Shown: positions 1-12,989, counted from the first letter of the whole stretch. The stretch: DNA of 61,843 nt, filler included, from Sphacelaria rigidula (GCA_964200075.2; 8 parts of 8 records of this genome joined end to end with filler, not necessarily neighbours in it), one strand, 5' to 3'. The notes: generated by a model not told the origin, from the letters alone. Numbers and translations: made by a program.

Positions 1-606
1 CACTTAAAGCGAATGATCAAAACCACTCTCAATCGTATCATCTACACTCTCAATCTCACGAAAACACTGTTTATGCTGTCGACGAAACAGTCGTACGCGG
101 ACTGTTCGTGGAGCACGAAGGGGGATGTGTACGCCGTTTGTCATATTGAATAGGGCAACAATCTACACGTGGACACAATGGTTGTACGAGGACAATCCGT
201 AGGCGTGTTCACAACCGAAGGATCGACTCGCTCACAAGGCCAAATACAAAATGCAAAACGAGCCACAATCCATCGCCAGGGGCACGTGTTGTTTCCAAGC
301 CTTCGAGCGCAGGCCATCGCAGTTTATTCTCAAGACTTGCTCTATGTTTCGTTGTACGACAAGGTTGTCACGAGGCCTCCGTGTTGCAGCTTTTGAGTCC
401 CGACAACACGTGGTAGGTGCCAAACGCAGTATTCAATACACTCACATCACGCATAATCGTTCTCCCGGAAAGCTTACATCCGTTGCGTTTGAAGCGATGA
501 CACCTGCCCTGCCTCCCCTCTGCCTCCCATCCCTCTCCCTCCAAGAATTTCATGTCACTTGTGATAGCTGGTAGGCAACAAATATGGAATACATCAAAAT
601 ACCCAC

Positions 607-1277
607 CTACGCTGCGCCTTGGCGATTTCCTCCTTCCGCGCCGCGTCGTGCTGCTGCTGCGGTCCTCCGTGCTGTACACCGTTCCCACCGCCCGGGGTCA
701 AAACCATCGCGCTTGAAACGTTCACCATGCCCTGCGACGGAACCCCGACCGCCTGCCCCGACGCTCCAACACCGCCGGCCCCCGGTCGTGAGTTCATCAT
801 AGCAGATGCCGCTGCGGATGCCACCGCATCGGCCGCCGCCTGGGCCGCGGCATTGACTCCCTGTCCCCCACTGCGCCCGCCCGTACCGCCGCCGTTGCCG
901 CTGTTCGGCCACACACCACCGCCCGGCTGCCCGGCGTAAATTCCGCCAGAACCTCGGCTACCCCGGGTGACACCGGCCCCGGCCCCAGCGGCGCTCATAG
1001 CGGCGCTCTGGTTCGCCCAAGGAGAGTTGGCGGCATCCTGGGCTGCTTTTGCTGCAGCTGCGGCGCTGGGTGAGCTCGCTCCGGATGCGGATGCAAGAGC
1101 GGCTTGCTGCTGCGGCAGCAGGTTGCGAGAGCTCCCTCTTTTACTCGCCATTGGAAAATGTGGTTGGAGACGCAAGTTCGCTGGATCCACTTCAAGCTGT
1201 TGTTGATGCTGATGGTGCTGCTCTGGCTTACTGACGACTAACTCTGCTGCCTGGGCCCGTGCCTGCTGCTGCCGAAC
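607..1277 (-). CDS. Exon 3 of the KIX/Med15-like gene, Q/A/G-rich low-complexity region; the gene probably continues past the window start
   Basis: TTCCAG acceptor at 1280-1278 and AG|GTGGGT donor at 606-605. The open frame VRQQQARAQAAE...KEEIAKAQR is in phase with exon 2. Poly-Q/A/G tracts are typical of Med15-like coactivators. Confidence 0.75.
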
Positions 1278-1795
1278 CTGGAAGTACAGTACAATGAAGT
1301 ATGAGATTTCACCCGAACATGAAACGATGTAGGACCCTCCATGGTATGACATTTGTGTCAAGTGTTGGAGGAACACATTTCAGCAATTGTCACAGCGACA
1401 CTTTGAAATTGACGCCGTCGGTCCACATTAAATCCAGGATGAGCTAATTCCGCACCCCGCTGGGTCGTACAGCGCGTTGGTTTGAGATATGCAGAGCATC
1501 AATCCATCAGTCATATGATGGCAACATGGATAATATTCTACAACAAAAGGTTCACTCGTGGGTCGTGCCGGATTGTCAAGCTTTCATAACCTATACCCCT
1601 GATGACCAGCTGGTAGCAAATGACGACGGTCGACGTTTCGGCCAGTTGCTTCCCGTCAAATTTCTCGGTTCATGGGCTAAAGCTTGCGGGCCAGCTGTAG
1701 TGAACTGTCTGTACTTCGGAGTGACTGTACAGTTCAGCTGTACAGTGCACAGTACAGTATCTAGTACTGTCTGTGAGCGGATACATTCGACGTAC

Positions 1796-1909
1796 CTTTT
1801 GAACCTTGCTCAGCTTCTTATTAATGCGAGTGTTGTAATCTTCGACATTCATGGCGGCTGCGAAAATCTGGCTCTCAAATTTTTGGGCGAGGCCATGAAG
1901 ACTCCGGTC
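1796..1909 (-). CDS. Exon 2 of the KIX/Med15-like gene: DRSLHGLAQKFESQIFAAAMNVEDYNTRINKKLSKVQK
   Basis: Pyrimidine-rich CAG acceptor at 1912-1910 and AAG|GTACGT donor. 114 nt, phase 0/0. Carries the A.KFE..IF..A....DY...I.KKL signature of Med15-type KIX domains. Confidence 0.8.
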
Positions 1910-3549
1910 CTGGGGGAGGGAAACAAGAGCATGAGGACGGCAAAGTGCGCGCATAAATAGACGGAAATGTACAAAACGGTACGGATGAAAAGAGGAACGC
2001 CACAGGAGTGACCCCGTTCCCCATTATTACGGTGCAAGTCACGCATCCCTCCCAACGCAGAACCGTTTGGGGGCATTTAGTTCAAACCTTTCACTTAAAT
2101 TGGTCAACTGGAACACCCAAGACGGGAAGTAGGATAGGAAGAAGACACCGCGAATTACGCGAACGGAAGAGGTACGCTGTAGGGCTGGAGCGAGGAGGGG
2201 AGAGGGAGGAGTCGGAGAAACATAAGAAAACATGTCGCCTTAAGCTCGTGAATACACAGCAACTCGACAGTGGGCGTTTCTTGCTTCTCGTCTCACTTTT
2301 CGTTCTATCTGCATGCTGATGCCTCGGCTGCGAGAAACCTCAAATTCTTCGAAGTACCAACATCAAAATAAAAACGAGGCTGTGCGTAAAAGCATATTCA
2401 GAAGGAGACACTTATCCTCTTCCCGATCCTCTCAAAGAAATTTTCAGCAGGGAGAATGGCTCCGAGTACGGGATCGTTATGGATTGCATGAGCAACGGGG
2501 TGGTAGCGTGAAGTGTAGTGCCTCCATCTGTTCTGAAAATTATGGGACAAGAGTTTCCAAAAAGCTGCACGTACACGAAGAAAACAAGCGCGCACACACA
2601 CATCATGCCGCACAGTAAGTCGCTCGGGGCGATGGATGTTGCTGCGCACTGCAACCTCACATCAAACTCAGGAGCGCGGCAAAGAGATGAGAAGAACCAC
2701 GTGTGCTATTAAAAAACATATATTTTCTCTCATCCGCAAGGCACGAGGGTTCAGGACAGGACCCTCTGCGTGTGTGTGATATATGTTTGGGTGATCAATA
2801 ACACCCAAACGGCACAAGGATATCGCCAGAAGGCACGCTCACGTACACGGGACGCACGCGGGACGCACGCGGGACGCACCCGCCCCGCTCGTTTCTGTCT
2901 CCGCGCGCTCGAACAATCAGTGATCATCACCCAACAACGTGAGGTGAGTACATGATGGGGAAACTTGGAGCCAGCATCAGCGTCACACTTTCCGCGCATC
3001 ATGTTTTCAACACAAGCGCGGACAATCCCAGTCATACAAAAAAGCCGACACGACAATGCCATCAGTGCCAGTGAAGCCTGTGCGAAAAAACGAGCTTCGT
3101 ATTTTCGAGTTGGGCGAATGGAGAGTAAAGGAGACCCACCCGCGCCTGCTTCAGCAACCCCGGTCACACCCACATCCCTGTTCGCTCAAACGATGGGAGT
3201 TGATCACCATACGGCACAGCCGCACTTACGGTTCTCAACAACGGGAAGGCAAACCTGGCGGTTCTCCTACGAAGTGCAAGCGCATTTGTTCGGACATGCG
3301 CGTAACACACAATGCATCGGCTCAGTATCGTGAAGACAAATGAACGCTGGACTGTCTTTTTTTTGTCGCGTGCATGGCAGACCCTGAAAAACACACGTGT
3401 AGAAAAACGCTATACTTCGGGAAGGGCAAAAAAAACGGAATTAATCGCGCGCTCTACTCCACCCCCGATCTTCCTCCTACAACCTCCCCCCAAACCACTT
3501 CATCGTCTGTGCTCATGCCTGCGCTCTCAACACAGTCGCATCTACCAAC

Positions 3550-3657
3550 CTGCGGATCCTTCCCCTCGATCTGCGCTAGAAACGCTGCGATTTGCTGTAT
3601 CTTGCGCACACGGGTATTCCGATCGAGGAACAGCTCGCTCCCGTTATTTGCTGCCAT
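3550..3657 (-). CDS. Exon 1 of a KIX-domain (Mediator subunit 15-like) protein: MAANNGSELFLDRNTRVRKIQQIAAFLAQIEGKDPQ
   Basis: ATG at 3657. 108 nt ending at a CAG|GTTGGT donor in phase 0. Joins in frame with exon 1909-1796 to give a KIX-like three-helix pattern (R..KIQQIAAFL...LAQKFESQIFAAA...EDY...INKKL). Confidence 0.7.
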
Positions 3658-6600
3658 CCTCTCACGGCAGAAGTATCACAACAATACCTCGCCCTCCCTC
3701 CCTCCCCGCACGGAGGCTCCCGTTTGGTACTGAAAAAAGGATGACGAAGTGTGCATGGGTGTATTTTTGACCGTGAAGGTCGGTTGTCGCATCGTACGAT
3801 AACAGGGGAGCGATGAGCATGGTAAAGAGCGATCTTGAGAGAAGCGAGAAGTGGACACCATCAGAGCCATGACAAATGAAAACTGCGCAAACTTCATTCC
3901 ACGTTCTTGACAACGAGGGATTGTGAAAGCCGTCGCCGTGTGAGGAGGAACAAAATGAGAGACGGCGAGAGCATCGTTCAGCATCTGGTCTTGCCTTTTC
4001 TCAAACAAGCATATAAAAACACAATCTGAGATTATGTTGGGCGACTTCGATTTTTTTTCGAAAAATCGAGATAAGTAATACAACTGACATGCCGACAGGG
4101 TGGAAACAAGGGAGTCAAAGAGACCCAAAACCGAGGAACGGCAGCGAATACCACGCGGGCACACTACATTCCCGTGCATCAGACTTCACAGCCAAACGCG
4201 CAACACGCACATTGTACCTTCACTTCACGTATTGACGCCAAGCGAGGGCGTGCGCATCGCGTAGGGGGGGATCATCCCTGTCACACAACTGGCCAAAAAT
4301 TGGCCAACAAGAAACTATTTGTTTTTTCGTCAGCGACAGTATATATAAGCAAGAACACCACGGTAGCAGTGTGAACCGTAAGAGCCATCGGAGCACCAGG
4401 AGGTCTCTTCGAGTATACTACGCCTCGACTGAAGTTGACACCAACAATACGAATCTTGGTACGTAGTACAGCATAAGCCCACGCACACAACTATCCTGTG
4501 GACCGTTTGGTTCTCAGGCACACAAAGCTTTCACACTTGTCGGAATGAAAGACTCCGCAAAATGCAAAATACATGTCGCGGTGCTTTCTCAACATCTATA
4601 GTATATCCAAGTGTTTCCCCAACAAATATACAAAAACAAGGTGTGAGAGGTCGGAAGGACAGCGATTATACTCTGGTACCGTCTGTATACACGTACAGAG
4701 GGGTGGAAACAAAAAAATCTGCCTGATATTTTTAGGTTAGTTCCTGGGGGTGCGGTGTGGCGCCGAAATGGACAGATCAACGTGTCCCGTAAGAAGAGCG
4801 TTGGGTCGATCGTGATGCCATCGCTCCCCCAGACGAGAGAAGAGTCACGAGCGTACTCCGTGACCAAACGGCGGCCGATACATTGAAGGAGTAGACGAGC
4901 ACAAGTCTTATCACCAAGCGAACGTCCGACCCCCGAAACATAAGAAGGTGCCTTTGTTGTCACCACCGACAAAACCCAAACTGACCACACACAATCACGA
5001 ACATACACGCCCCGACACCACCCTAACCCGCCCTGGTTCCTCACCCAATCGCAAGCGTACTACCAAGCGCACCGCCTCCTCGCCTGTGGAAGCGAGGCCG
5101 GCAGCCTTCGTTTCCGTCCGACAACCTTGCGTCCTTCCTTCACTGGGGTATATTCCAGAGCTTCGCCTCGATTTCACAAAAGTTTTGCTGCGCAGTAATT
5201 ATCGCTCCAACACACCGCCACGCGTGGGAAGTATACTTCCGGTAGTAGGGCACTTGGAATGAAGCACGGCGTGCCAGCGATCCTAAAATCCGCCCCTAAA
5301 AACTGCGACCACCCTCTCGCCGTATTTCCTCTCTCCCTCCTCCCTTCCCTCTCTCGCTCTCCTTCTCCTCCTTAAGCTTCGAGCCGCGCCTACACTATGT
5401 CTTTCACCCCTTCCTCTTTCTACGATGATGGGAAGTAGGCACAGGCAGGTGTCTGTTTACTGATTACTAGAGCCCGCAAATAACGCCTCGAAATTGAGAT
5501 AGCTCCGTGCTTTATCTTGATGTGTGTATAGGGTGGGTTTATCTTGGTCAATATCTGGTTTTTTGTTGTAAGCACAAATAGTCGTAATGACTCGGTTCCA
5601 GTATGGATCGTTCAACTTGACAACAATCAAATCACGATAACCTTATTTCGCGACTGTCAGCAATCCCCCATCCCCGGAAACAAACATGCTTCTGTACAAA
5701 TTCGATCGATCCCTTGCGGTTGAGTAGAAAGTCGCAGGCTATTCCACGGGAAAGCAGCCCAGAGGTGGCACAGTAAGTTATCAAAGTAGCTTCAAGTATG
5801 CTATTATATCCATATGTGTATGTGTGTTTGTGTGTGTATAAATCGTTTTTGTACGCATCACCCTGCCGGGTTCATATGTGCACCTCCTTTCCAGGTGGAA
5901 AAGAGAGGGGTGATAAAGAAAGAAAAAAGTTTTGAATTTTCTTGGCATCTGAGCATCGGAGCATCCTTCATTTATTTTCAGTGAATGGACGGCCTGCGGT
6001 ACATCTTGCACCATCTGCCCGTTGTGCGACCCGTCGTGTGCTCGACTGCGCGTGACAATAGTACCTGTAAAAGCAGACGGCGAAATGTTTGGTTCCTATC
6101 TCCCAACTATACTGTCGTTCATATCTTCATCGCATTTTCCCACGATCAGATTTGTGATGTCTTGATGTCTTCTCGCGTTGGGCCTGACGTGTCTTCTCAC
6201 TGTCATTCTCGTGCGTTTCCGCTACCCTTCTTGGCGATGACGTGGTGTTGTGCACTAGCAGACAGGACAACAGTAATCATAGCAGATATGACAACAGAAC
6301 AGTTGAAGACCAACGCACTCTTCGGGAGGCCCAGTATAAACAGACCAGGAACCTCAAACCCTGTGGTGTGCTTTCTTAAACCCTCTTGTATGCTCTATCT
6401 ACTTCTGTCTGCCTATACAGTCACCCGAACCATGAACCATTAACAATTCCTTCACCTTGATGTAGTGCTGTACTGACTGTCAGTTGTACGGTACCCACGA
6501 GTGTAATAAGCCCACTGTTGTTTTCATTTGTGCTGTACTGCGTTAGAGAGAAATAATTAAACAACTTTTAAACAATATGCCTCCTTCCCCCCCCCCCCCC

Positions 6601-7112
6601 CCCCCCTCGCCTTTCTCACGACAAATCCGTAATCAAGCGGGATATGAACCCGTAAGCTTTGCCCGGTGCCTTTACTCTTTTCATATGAGGTAGCCGGTAT
6701 AATTTTATCATCATCTTGATTACTCCCACCGTTTGTGTCATCAATGTTGTCGCTTGACTGATGCTCTCGCATGGTTCTGGACCATATGTTTGCTGATGTG
6801 TGTGGCTGTGCGACTCCGATAGGTATTGTTTGTCATGTATCGTCTGTCGTCTATCGCACCTGACCACGCAAGGTTTCGCCAAAACAGAGTTATGGATAAG
6901 TTTACATGTTTTGGAAAGCTTTCGTGTACAAGTATCGCGCCGCCCCCTTGGCTCTGTACATGGTGACAAGCCGCGGACAGGGGGGAGGGCGAAAATTGTT
7001 CCGACGGTGTCACACGAAGGGGCCGCTTTCCGACGGCGTCGCACGAAGGCGTTTTTGACCTCTTGTTTTACTCGAGTTGGGCCGACCTAGACACGAATTT
7101 GTGGTTTGCAGA

Positions 7113-7377
7113 CCCCGTCTCACCTCAATTTTACGAGGTGGACTTTGAAATTTGGTACGAGGGAAGCTTAGGGCATGCTAAAAAGCTGTCGATCGGGACC
7201 AACAGCTTTTTTCATTTCGTGAGTTGATGTCAAGCATCAGTATCTAATACCGTGAACTCACGAAAAATATATACATCAGTTGATCCCGATCGACAGCTTT
7301 TCAGCGTACCCTATTCTTCCTCCGTACCAGTACCAATTTTGAAAGTCCAACTCGCAATATATTGACGTGAGATGGGG
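7113..7377. repeat. Imperfect ~265-bp foldback hairpin, probably a MITE or transposon end
   Basis: Left arm CCCCGTCTCACCTCAATTTTACGAGGTGGACTTTGAAATTTGGTAC...AAAAGCTGTCGATCGGGACCAAC...TTTCGTGAGTT matches the reverse complement of 7254-7377. Confidence 0.75.
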
Positions 7378-7644
7378 CGATTTAGAAAACGGGCCGGGCA
7401 AAATTCGGAGCAATATCTTCGAGGTCATTCATCGGCGAAGGTTTGGTATCTATGTTTTGCATATTTGTGTCGGACCTCGCTAGGCCATAACAAACCAAAA
7501 AAAGTGGGATCGGTTGATTTTCAATACTTTTTTTCCCTTACGGGCGGTTGAAACAGTAAAGACCATATTTTCAAACAGCCAATCATCTATGTTGAGGATG
7601 GTGCTTTTGATTGAGGATGAGAACCCGGAGGATTAAAATCTTCG

Positions 7645-7744
7645 NNNNNNNNNNNNNNNNNNNNNNNNNNNNNNNNNNNNNNNNNNNNTTAATTAATTAA
7701 NNNNNNNNNNNNNNNNNNNNNNNNNNNNNNNNNNNNNNNNNNNN
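7645..7744. other. Artificial contig linker (N44-TTAATTAATTAA-N44), first of seven; the others are at 15389-15488, 23133-23232, 30876-30975, 38618-38717, 46360-46459 and 54102-54201
   Basis: Identical 100-nt structure each time, with stop codons in all six frames. Confidence 0.98.
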
Positions 7745-7802
7745 CGAAATTTCGAGCAACAAATGGCCCAAAATACCCCCCCCCCCTATCGTAGAATGAC
7801 TC
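7745..7802 (-). mobile_element. Truncated DNA-transposon end with TIR GAGTCATTCTACGATAGGGGGGG, related to the GAC-MITE TIR
   Basis: Shares TTCTACGATAG plus a homopolymer run with the TIR at 13316. It lies at a contig start. Confidence 0.45.
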
Positions 7803-10800
7803 TGTTCGTTTTTGGTCCAAGAAAGGTACGAAAAATGGCCAGAAACGCGAAAATAGCCAAACACGCCATTTTGACCGTTTCCTCGCCGGATTTTTCACGC
7901 ACATCATTCGGGGGGGGCATTGGCACCCGAGACTCGATAGAGAAACGGATAAAAAAGATGTTACTTGAGAGATATGGCTACGTGTGGCACGGACATATCG
8001 CCCCAAGAGACCGCCCACCTATTGTAGGCCACATTTCGCCGAGGTATACCTAATCTAGAAATTCGTTTTCAATCGTACCTTATCTGGGCCACCGATCGGC
8101 CGAGAATGTATCTCTGCTAGGCCATCGCTCTCTACACTGTTATGGGGTGAATGGGGCCCGATATTGGGTACTACATATCGGTAGAATGGACCGACCACTA
8201 TCCACTGCGGAAAAAATGACCCGTAATCGAGCCAATCGTATGAATCACATGTACACACGTCATCTCCAAATAACGAACTCGCTCATATGAAAGGTAGTCT
8301 AACTAAAGTACATATTTACAAACCTGTCAGTGGTCGGTGTCGCGGAAAGGTAGTTGCTCCGGCGACTGCACTGATATATCGTTGTGTGCTTGTATCGTTA
8401 GGCTGTTGCACTCGGGGAGCACATATAGTAGTATACGGCAATGCCGTAAAGCAGTAATGCCGTATACGCCGATGCAAGCAAGCCACACCCTTGACAGATG
8501 TTAGCAAGCGGTCCTGTATTCAGTTTGGATTACTAGCTCTGAAACTCTCAAATCAAGCACCCACGTGATCCTGCTGTAAAGGAATTACAGCCAGCCTTTC
8601 AGATAGTCGCAATTGACCTATGGGTGAAACAGGAACGAAGGGTATAAGTAAAGGATTAAGTACGCACAAGTCTCCACGACTCACGTGGTCCGAGCTGTGG
8701 ACTTGAAGACCGAATAGAACAGGAGATATCAGTGGGGTAGGTGACGATTGAAAGCTCTTCTTATATCCAAAAGATACCTGTAGATCGGTCTGGGGGGCAA
8801 GTGAAGGGGCGGGTGCCAGAGGTTTCAGCAAAACGTTATTTCGTAGCCACGCATACAACTGCCATATTACAAAATCGTGTGCCTTCAACCAATCAAGCGT
8901 TGGCACGCTTGTCCCCCATACGACTAATCCGGCATAGGGCTATGTCCGAACACAAAGTCATGAAAACGCCAATCAGCCGAGCAAATAGTCCAATTTCTAC
9001 TTTACACAATCAAACTTTCGACTAGGATCTCCTCATACCCGCCGATCGTTTGTGAAACGATCGTGATATCCCACTGTGCTAGTTCAATTCTCGCGCGCGG
9101 TTATATACCATTACACACACGCCCACTACATCCCACCCCACATTTACCGCCCTTCTCAACTTTAGCAGTCAAGAACACGGCAAGTGGCAGCATTTGCAGG
9201 CGTCACCCACAACACCAACAACCCCACTCAACACTTTTACTCACATGCCGCAAAAACGAAGCAGCACAAAATATTCAGACAATGAGCACAAGTGTCGAGT
9301 ATCGTGGAACAAGTGGGAATGATGTAGACGACGTTGACGAAGATAAAGCGATTCACGCTGTGCGGCTGCGTTGCCCATGGCATTCTCTGCACCTTTCCGT
9401 GATGGCGTGTTTGGAGAGCAATTACTTCATGTGCCCCATGGGCTCAGTGTCGTGGCGCGAGTCGAAGGAATCACTTGTGTGTTCTCCACTCCTGAAAGAA
9501 AACCCGTCAACGGGAAATTCCACCTCTGCGACACAAGACGCAAAACGTTCGGAGCCATCAGCGTTAAACCGTCACGTTGCCTTTTGTGTCATGCCGACCA
9601 CCACGACAGCGCAAAAGGAGCGCTGCGTAATCAAGGCCCCCACATATCCAGCACGTAGCTTGTCATCAATTAACACAGGCAGTAAGTAGTATCAGCACAT
9701 TTTCTGCAATTATCGTTGGTGTACAGAGGCAACTAAGTAAACATTCCGCCTGTCCAGTCTCATAGTTTCCTTCTGTTATCTTTTTATCGATGTGCACAGA
9801 CAGTAGTGGCAGCAAACGTCACGGCTGTCTTCGGTCTGTCGAAGGCAGTGCATCGAACTTAGAAAACACCGCGCTTGAGGCCCTGGCTTGTGCGCTCGAC
9901 AGCGTACACACAACACAACCGATTTTGGTCAGAGCAAACTATATGGTTCGTGGTACTTTATGTTGGGAGAATGAATCGACCCTTGTACACAAGCGCATAC
10001 AAGAAATTAGCACCACATAGCAGGGCGGAAGATGCATACACATACCCTTCATAACGAAGCTTGCCCCATGTTGCATTGTTCACATATTGTTATTATTAAT
10101 AGTATGTACCGCCAGCTACGGCAAAGATCATCGCTGTCTCCTCACTAAAAACGGACTAAAGTACCGCAATAAATATTGGGCGCACCGGCTTATGTGATGC
10201 GCTGGACTCAACACTCTGACATGAAACAGACGCGTCAAGCTTTTCGGTGACCGCGTTCAGCATTTCGGTGGCCACCTGGAGTTCTTGTTCAGCCTTCTCC
10301 GTGCGTTGAGGCGCCAACTTGACCTTGCGCGCGGCTGTCAAGGCACAGGATAAGCCTTGACCGTTTTTTCCCTTGTACTTCGTCCATGTTGCGCGGGAGT
10401 TCGCTTTTTTTCAGTGTCCAAACACCAAGCTTTTGAGAACTTCCCATTTTTCATCTCGATGAACGCTGCTGTTCCTGGAGCCGCATTTTTCAAATGGAAT
10501 TTCTCGGCAACGAAGCAGAGAATTGGAATGTGGTTTGATGCGTGCGCTTCCCACACCCTAGGCCTTTTCAGTGCCGCCGCGGATTTCCGTGACGCGTGCC
10601 GCAGAGCCCGCAGCATTTTTCAAACCACCAAAATGTACGAAAAAAAGCGTTCTCTTCCACGTTCGGGGGAGTTTCGGATCCGCTGTGGCGAAGTGAGCAA
10701 ATCCGCCGCGGCGCTGAATAGATCTAGTGTGTGTGCGCGGGGGGCTGTCAAGTGCCATAGGCCGGTTTGCTTCCTGCCTCGAGAAATGTGCGGTGAAAAA

Positions 10801-10993
10801 TTACAGCTGTCGCGTACTAAACGTAGGCTACTTCGGATGGAGTGTGTGTTCTGTTCGGCAGAGGTTTGGCAGAGGTTAGGCAGAGGTCCGGAGTCGATGT
10901 CGTCTTCAATACATCTTCAATGTCCCCCCGCGTTGATATTTGGTTTTGTTGACGATGGAATTTTGGTTGGTAAGGCCTTCACTCACCCCCATA

Positions 10994-12475
10994 ACTGTAC
11001 CACGGAGTCTAGGCGCCAACTCCAACTATGGCACCCACACGTTCGGCTCTTTCCCGCCCATTTGCCGTTCACGGCCGCCACAACGACCACGCCCCTTTCT
11101 CCCGGAAATTGTTCCCCGAGTCTCTCTGCATCGACACAATAACGGGACTCAGGACTCCCAACTCCCAACGCGTCGGTCGTTTCTGATTCAGGAGGTTGTG
11201 GAGCACCGGACCGTTCCGATCTCGGGGCTGGTGTCACGGTCAAGCTAGACTCTTCCGTCACCAACGGGTGGTTGCGATGGCTGGTTCAAGCAACGGCTAC
11301 AGTACTTGCGGTCACGCATACACAAATAGGAACACAACATTAATCACGTTCAGCACTACGGTACACATGCCCCCAACGGAAACATTCACGGGACACGTGC
11401 ACAACAATCCCAAAGGGCCAGCGAGAAGCTCGGGTTGTGTCCGCCAAAGATATGACTTGTGACGGAAAGCTGCAAAGAAGGGCAGGACTACTGTACAGTT
11501 TGGTTTTCGTTTGATCAGGCCTTGTCGGATCGGAGTGCTACGTGGATTTGAAGATGAGCACTGAGTTGCTGATTACCATGATGTGTCATAGTAGTGGGCT
11601 AGTCAACCGGAGTTGGGCTACAAATGCTTATGGTTGGCACATTTTACAATTATCGCTACCCCTACCCCTACCCTTGAAATCATAACCCCAACCCAACGCA
11701 AACGAGAACCCTCGCACAAGGGTGGCACATAGCATTCCCTCGGTAAAGTGCGGCCTTTGCAGACCCCAAATCGGCTCCTGTGGCGCCGATTTCAACCAAA
11801 ACTCGTTATGCGCACACGAGGAGCACACGGGGCTGTCAGTCGTACTAAAGCTCCGATTCTCGTTGTGACACTCCAACCAAGTAATATCAACGATGGACAT
11901 TTGTAGGCCAACGCTGGTTATCTCTACTGGCACAACTCGCGATATATCGTCAGTTCGAACGAGCTCAAGGAAAACGAGCTTCTTAGGCGGCCCAACCGCT
12001 ACTACATCATGGTAGCAGCGAAGAAGGAGGGAAGAAGATGGATGTCGTGATGCTCGGGTTAATTGAGTAGTTTGAAGTACTCCTAACGACGATTCACGCG
12101 GGCTCGGTGGGGTGTGCGTGCGTTCCGCGGCTCTCGATGGCGGGGGCCTGTTTCTACATGTGTGACCGCCAGTACTCTATCCGCTCTTTGAACCAACCGT
12201 CGATGATGCGACAACCGCCCGTTGGTGACGGAAGAGTCTAGCTTGAGCCCCGATATCGGAACAGTACGGTGTTCCACGACCTCCCGCATCACAAAAGATC
12301 GACTCGTTGTGAGTTGTGAGTCCAGTTATTGTGTCGATGCGGGAGACTCGGGAACCGTTTCCGGGGAGAAAGGGGCGTGGTCGTTGCGGCGACCGTGAAC
12401 GGTAGATGAGCGGGAAAAGAGCCGAACGTGTGGGCGCCATAGTTGGAGTTGGCGCGTAGACTCCGTGGTACAGTG
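10994..12475. mobile_element. Non-autonomous ~1.5-kb DNA element with ~280-bp diverged terminal inverted repeats starting (C)ACTGTACCACGGAGTCTA
   Basis: 10994-~11275 is the reverse complement of ~12208-12475 (shared GGCGCCAACTCCAACTATGG, ACGACCACGCCCCTTTCTCCC, CAAGCTAGACTCTTCCGTCACCAACGGG). Flanked by TA on both sides. No transposase ORF inside. Confidence 0.75.
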
Positions 12476-12629
12476 TAAAGATCGATGGCCTAGCAGAGGT
12501 ACGTTTTCTGCCGATCGGTGGCCTGGATGAGGTACGATTGAAAAATAATTCCATAGGAGCCGTAGGTGAGGTACCGTACCGAGCGTATCCCCCGTATTTA
12601 CCGGAGTATCCCATACTGTGGTATGCGCA

Positions 12630-12950
12630 GGTATCGTACGTATGAGTTTCAAAATACCTGCTGATCGAGCGCGTACCGTAGGTACTGAAATATCGAAATA
12701 TCGTGGTATCGTAGGTATCGTAGGTATGAGTTTTGACAATATCTGATTGAGCCGGTACGGTAGGTATTGGTATCTCGAAATACCGTGGTATCGTAGGTAT
12801 CGTAGGTATCGTAGGTATGAGATATATATGAAAATACCCGATTGGGCAGGTACGGTAGGTACTGGTATTTTGAAATGCCGTGGTATCGTGGGTTCCGTGG
12901 GTATGAGTTTTGAAAATACCCGATTCGGTCGGTATCGGTGGGGTATGATG
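12630..12950. repeat. Imperfect tandem repeat, about 4 units of ~83-91 bp built from GGTATCGTA motifs
   Basis: GGTATGAG...AAATA(C/T)C..GGTATCGTAGGTATCGTA units start near 12640, 12723, 12814 and 12900. Confidence 0.8.
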
Positions 12951-12989
12951 AGATGTCCCAAATACCGATACCGGGTACCTGCTTTATCC

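Noticed and set aside
4589..5262. ORFs of 151, 104 and 60 aa upstream of the KIX gene
   Set aside because: No recognisable motif and no convincing exon chain.
7689..7700. TTAATTAATTAA palindrome and the ORFs running through N runs
   Set aside because: Artificial linker, repeated identically at all seven gaps.
9063..10616. ORF 9063-9689 and minus-strand exon-like pieces (CWICGG..LLLRC; KAEQELQVATEML)
   Set aside because: They may be relics of a decayed gene, but they contain stops and give no complete domain. The PHD-like start lacks the remaining ligands.
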